A stretch of DNA of 16,135 nt from Tubiluchus corallicola (lineage: Eukaryota > Animalia > Priapulida), in NCBI GenBank assembly GCA_030141605.1, contig JAQGDQ010002063.1, positions 1 to 16,135 on the forward strand, given 5' to 3'. A program made the translations under genes and the position numbers. The notes beneath the pieces are model-generated. The model was not told the DNA's origin. It was given only the letters and a program-made list of their open reading frames with translations, and ran no database searches. This document shows positions 12,701 to 16,135 of the stretch, one piece after another; the first letter of the stretch is position 1; the number at the start of each line of letters is the position of its first letter.

Positions 12701-15569
12701 TGGCTCCATCATTACTGCCGCTAGGTACATTGTTATTTATTGTGGCAAATAACGATGATTTACTTTCGTCATAATCATTTCCTGGATCTTCCCTTAAGTC
12801 AATACGATAAAGTCTATTGCTATCATTATTACTAGCATAAAAAAATCCATCTTTGTCAAAAAATACAGCTCCATGACCACCTGATGTTGCTACCCCTGCA
12901 GGACCAAGATTTATTGATGCACCTGTTTCAGGATTTATTTGTAATAACAGTCCCTTATCTTCAGATATGCTATATAACATTCCATCTTTTGGATGAAAAG
13001 CCCAATCAGGCCCATGTCTTCCTACATTTGATGTTCTAACTATTTCTAAAAAGTTTTCTGAGTCTCTATTTAAATCTATCACATGAACTACAGTCTTGGT
13101 ATCTGATAGATAAAGAAACCCATTTTGATCTACATCTCCTACTATATAACCACCACGTGGTAAGCCTGGAATAGGAGCTGTAAGTCCTGTAACTAAACTT
13201 CCATCACCTCTTTTTCCAGTTACTGTTAGCCTTCCATCATTTCTATTCCAATTATAGCCCCAAACAAGATTATCTTTCACATTAAACCCTATAGCGTTGA
13301 AATCGTAGTTTATGTTGTCATCTGTTACTGTTGATGTTCCTGTTACCATGTCAACAAATATCCACTCTGACCCACCCCCTTGTACTAATATTCCTTCTTG
13401 TGCACAGTCTAATTCTTGAGGAAATATATTTATTTGATAATCTTCTACCTCTCCACTGCTTGCTAAACCTATTGGAGTACTACACTCCCCTGAAACTGTA
13501 CAATACCTAAATCTTGCAAAGGTATTACCTGCTCTTGCAGTATCTGGTATTGTTATATCTAAAGTACCACTACCAGTATAAGATTTTTCAATTGCTATTT
13601 GTTCTCCTGCATCACTAAAATCTCCATCGCCATTAAAGTCAATCCATGCATTTAATATTCCACCTGATCCTGATATGTCTACATTCAAAGTATTGGTTTG
13701 ACCTAATATTAGTGTTTGCTCTTGTAATGATGTACCTCCTATAGTTATACCATCATCACCGTCATCATCACTTGCATCTCCATTATCATCTATTCCATCT
13801 ACAAATCCATCTATATCTGTTGTTATACTACTACCTAAAAAGTTAACACCGTCATTTGTATGTCTTGCTCCATTATCTTTAAATAATGTGCCATAACTTT
13901 CTGGAGCATCTCCATAATCTGCTTCTTCAAAGAATGATATTTCATAATCTTCTACCTCTCCACTGCTTGCTAAACCTATTGGAGTACTACACTCCCCTGA
14001 AACTGTACAATACCTAAACCTTGCATAAGTTACCATTGGAGTTTGATTAAATGGTATTTCTAAATTTATACTTGTTCCATTACTACCAACTACCATCCCA
14101 TTTAATATCTGCTCTCCTGCATCATTAAAGTCTCCATCTCCATTAAAGTCTATCCATGCATTTAATAGACCTGCACTTCCTGATACTTCTACATCTAGGC
14201 TTACTGTTTCTCCTATTCTTAACCTCTGACCTTGCAATGATATCCCGTCTATAGTTATTCCATCATCTCCATCGTCATCACTTGCATCTTTATTTTCATC
14301 TATTCCATTTGAAAATCCATCTATATCTGTTGTTATACTACTACCTAAAAAATTAACGCCATCATTTGTATGTCTTGCTCCATTATCTTTAAATAATGTA
14401 CCATAACTTTCTGGGGCATCTCCATAGTCTATTTCCTCAAATAATGATATCTCATAATCCTCTACTTCTCCACTATTTGCTAAACCTATTGGAGTATTAC
14501 ATTCTCCTGCTGTTATACAATATCTAAATCTTGCATAGGTTTTGGATAGAGGTAACTCTGTAGATGGTATATCTAGTTCTACATTTCCACTAAAAAGAAT
14601 TATATGATCATTTAGTATTTGCTCATTTCCATCACTAAAATCTCCATCTCCATTTAAATCTATCCAAACATTTAAAAATCCTGGATCACCTGTAAATTCT
14701 ACTCCTAATTCATTTATTGATCCTAGCTCTAATTTCTGACCTTGCAATGATACTCCATCTATAGTTATTCCATCATCTCCATCATCATCTGTTGCATTTT
14801 CATTTATATCTATCCCATTTGAAAACCCGTCTACATCACTTGTTATAACTGTTCCAAGAAAATTATTCTTATCATTTACATGTCTTGCTCCATTATTTCT
14901 TAACAAAGTTCTATAACTTTCTGGGGCATCTCCATAGTCTATGTCTTCAATTAAAGATATTTCATAATCTTCTACCTCTCCACTTGAAGCTAATCCTATA
15001 GGAACATTACACTCATTTGTTGATGTACAATACCTAAATCTTGCATAAGTTACTATTGGGGTTTGTGATGAAGGTATTTCAATATTTATTGTTCTTGAAC
15101 CTCCAAAGATTAACTCATCATCTATTACTTGCTCACCTGTATCAAATCTACCATTTCCATTAAAATCTATCCAAGCACTTAAAACTCCTCCATTACCTGA
15201 TACGCTTATTTCTAGTGGAATTGTTTCCCCTATTAAAAGTTTTTGGCCTTGTAATGACACTCCACCTAAGTTTACTCCATCGTCTCCGTCGTCATCTGTG
15301 GCATTTTCACTTTCATCTATTCCGTTAGAAAACCCATCTGTATCATCTGTTATTCTTTCTCCTAAAAAATTGACACCATCATTAACGTGTCTTGGACCAT
15401 CATCTGCTAATAATGTTCTATAACTTTCTGGTGCATCTCCAAAATCATCTCCTAAAATTATTTGTCCTGTAAAAAATACACATAACATTAATATTAGATA
15501 AATAAATCTTTTACTTTTCACATTACTCTCCTTAAATATAAAATTTTTTTTATTAATAGGTATACCCAT
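729..15569 (-). CDS. giant repetitive surface protein / putative fibrillar adhesin (GEVED x5, DUF6923-like, 18 Ig-like stalk modules, DUF7507/DUF11-like x5, split SdrD-B-like, OmpA-like x2), 4946 aa
   Basis: Uninterrupted 14.8-kb ORF in AT-rich DNA with an SD upstream, a signal peptide and a downstream terminator. Recognisable motifs include DYGDAP...[10 protein letters not shown]...ARFR...[14 protein letters not shown]...TNTG and GHTDS...LSEDRA...NRRTEI. Confidence 0.95.
   Translation of the reverse strand: [4946 protein letters not shown]
732..986 (-). other. OmpA-like domain 2 (aa ~4862-4946), C-terminally truncated
   Basis: [10 protein letters not shown]...[10 protein letters not shown]...[13 protein letters not shown]. 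The protein ends at NIDVRY* without the GxGE..P...NRRVE segment. Confidence 0.8.
1020..2147 (-). other. SdrD-B/Cna-B-like domain split by a 279-aa insertion
   Basis: N-terminal half [17 protein letters not shown] (2097-2147) and C-terminal half [28 protein letters not shown]...FNFGVKYP (1020-1259). These motifs are normally adjacent (GxVxxDxxxDGxQDxxExGxxGV). Confidence 0.65.
1341..1688 (-). other. OmpA-like peptidoglycan-binding domain 1 (aa ~4628-4743)
   Basis: Full motif set: [45 protein letters not shown]. Confidence 0.9.
2169..4073 (-). repeat. five diverged DUF7507/DUF11-like (B_ant_repeat-type) Ig-like domains (approx. 3750-4073, 3366-3725, 2982-3326, 2556-2972, 2169-2552)
   Basis: Each has L/IxxxK...G[DE]x[ILV]xY...[TE]N...[VI]xD and a late N: [70 protein letters not shown]...EDTIPAGF. 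Confidence 0.8.
4077..12176 (-). repeat. intragenic tandem array of nine ~900-bp units, each encoding two Ig-like modules (A+B)
   Basis: Units start (minus strand) at 12176, 11273, 10373, 9473, 8573, 7676, 6779, 5882 and 4985. The period is 900 bp for units 2-4 and 897 bp for units 5-8. Module A is marked by [12 protein letters not shown] and module B by GPDITGNxFVIDYQI (diverged in unit 9). Confidence 0.97.
12177..12674 (-). repeat. GEVED-type module 5 (aa ~966-1131)
   Basis: DAGDAPESY...DDDGDDG...[12 protein letters not shown]...TFARFRYC...GEVEDY. Confidence 0.88.
12696..13415 (-). other. DUF6923-like probable beta-propeller (aa ~719-958), candidate ligand-binding domain
   Basis: Motifs [52 protein letters not shown] and SNDGARC directly precede a GDAP module. 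I recall this arrangement from DUF6923/LruC-type proteins but have not confirmed it by search. Confidence 0.7.
13419..15446 (-). repeat. four tandem GEVED-type modules of ~170 aa (14940-15446, 14430-14939, 13920-14429, 13419-13919)
   Basis: Each has D[FY]GDAPESY, DDDGDDG, WID[FL]NGxGxF, ARFRYC and the literal GEVEDY motif, with a 507-510-bp period. Confidence 0.92.
15450..15521 (-). other. Sec-type signal peptide
   Basis: Basic n-region (V/M)KSKR, hydrophobic h-region [12 protein letters not shown], then TGQIILG directly before the acidic first module (DDFGDAP). Confidence 0.75.
15528..15533 (-). promoter_or_regulatory. second SD (AAGGAG) for an in-frame GTG start at 15521
   Basis: Minus strand reads TTTAAGGAGAGTAAT-GTG-AAA-AGT-AAA-AGA, with a 6-nt spacer. 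Confidence 0.6.
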
Positions 15570-15574
15570 TTTTG

Positions 15575-15581
15575 CCTCCTT
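15575..15581 (-). promoter_or_regulatory. SD (AAGGAGG) for the ATG at 15569
   Basis: Minus strand reads TTCAAGGAGGCAAAA-ATG, with a 5-nt spacer. Confidence 0.8.
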
Positions 15582-15724
15582 GAAAATACAAAAGCTATAT
15601 AATTTTTCTAAATTTTTAATAAAAACCTGTTTAAATAATATTTATAAGTGTAAATTCAACCCCTCAATTTATATTGATTTATAAAGCTTTGAGAGAAAGT
15701 GTAAAATTTAGAGTTACAATTAAT

Positions 15725-15737
15725 TGAATATTATTCA
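15725..15737. promoter_or_regulatory. palindrome TGAATA-T-TATTCA, candidate operator
   Basis: Perfect 6-1-6 inverted repeat, with 12/13 matches at 15914 and 15928. Confidence 0.35.
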
Positions 15738-15753
15738 TTTGAATATAGGGAAA

Positions 15754-15858
15754 TCAGAGGTTTTTTGCAAAATCATTTTTTAACACACGAAAGTGCCGAA
15801 ATAAAAATTGAACAAAAAAGTTGTCCAAATAATGTTTACAAATAGAAAGTTTAATCAT
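15754..15858 (-). CDS. small upstream ORF, 34 aa (MIKLSICKHYLDNFFVQFLFRHFRVLKNDFAKNL)
   Basis: Translated by hand. AAAGGAGG (15867-15874) lies 8 nt before the ATG at 15858, and the stop is TGA at 15754-15756. No recognisable family. Confidence 0.35.
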   Translation of the reverse strand: MIKLSICKHYLDNFFVQFLFRHFRVLKNDFAKNL

Positions 15859-15913
15859 ACATAGTCCCTCCTTTGTTGTTATTTGTAGAAGTTGTAGAGG
15901 CTTTGAAAGCTAC

Positions 15914-15940
15914 TGAATATTATTAAATGAATATTATTAA
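15914..15940. repeat. direct repeat TGAATATTATTAA x2
   Basis: Exact 13-bp copies at 15914-15926 and 15928-15940. Confidence 0.7.
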
Positions 15941-15999
15941 TTGAGAGTAAATTTGATATAACATTTCTTATATTTAAACATTTAAAAGAGATCTTATGT

Positions 16000-16025
16000 A
16001 TCTATATAAATATATTTATATAGAT
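16000..16025. repeat. perfect 26-bp palindrome ATCTATATAAATATATTTATATAGAT
   Basis: The sequence equals its own reverse complement with no spacer. Confidence 0.85.
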
Positions 16026-16135
16026 GGTTTATAGTTATTCATATTATTTATAACCCTAATATTCATCATATCAATTTTTAATAAAATTATTAGAAAATAA
16101 TATTTTATATAAAGCTTTTTATACATATATGTGCT

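Noticed and set aside
15480-15491. Cys30 as a lipoprotein lipidation site
   Set aside because: LMLC does not fit the lipobox [LVI][ASTVI][GAS]C and lies within the hydrophobic region.
15646-15705. AAGTGTAAA direct repeat (15646-15654 and 15697-15705), read as TTTACA -35 boxes on the minus strand
   Set aside because: Only 9 bp in AT-rich DNA, and the best -10 pairing (TTTACA-N16-TATAAA) is too weak to call.
15582-16135. c-di-GMP riboswitch, ops element or invertible promoter upstream of the adhesin
   Set aside because: I found no GEMM-like motif, no GGCGGTAG and no long inverted repeat pair flanking a segment. An Rfam scan would be the proper test.

Overview
AT-rich bacterial DNA containing one giant minus-strand gene (729..15569, 4946 aa) with a good SD site, a Sec-type signal peptide and an intrinsic terminator just after the stop. 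The product looks like a fibrillar surface adhesin. From N to C terminus it has four GEVED-type modules, a DUF6923-like probable beta-propeller, a fifth GEVED module, and a stalk of nine ~900-bp A-B units (18 Ig-like modules; units 5-8 nearly identical in DNA). These are followed by five DUF7507/DUF11-like domains, an SdrD-B-like domain split by a 279-aa insertion that contains a complete OmpA-like domain, and a second, C-terminally truncated OmpA-like domain. All 23 stalk domains keep a Lys/Asp/Asn pattern typical of intramolecular isopeptide bonds, and each A/B module also has a Cys pair. No outer-membrane translocator, sortase motif or partner gene is visible. The upstream region holds a 34-codon ORF with a strong SD, a repeated TGAATATTATT motif and a perfect 26-bp palindrome. 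The many plus-strand ORFs are antisense shadows. Domain names come from recognising motifs by eye, not from database searches.
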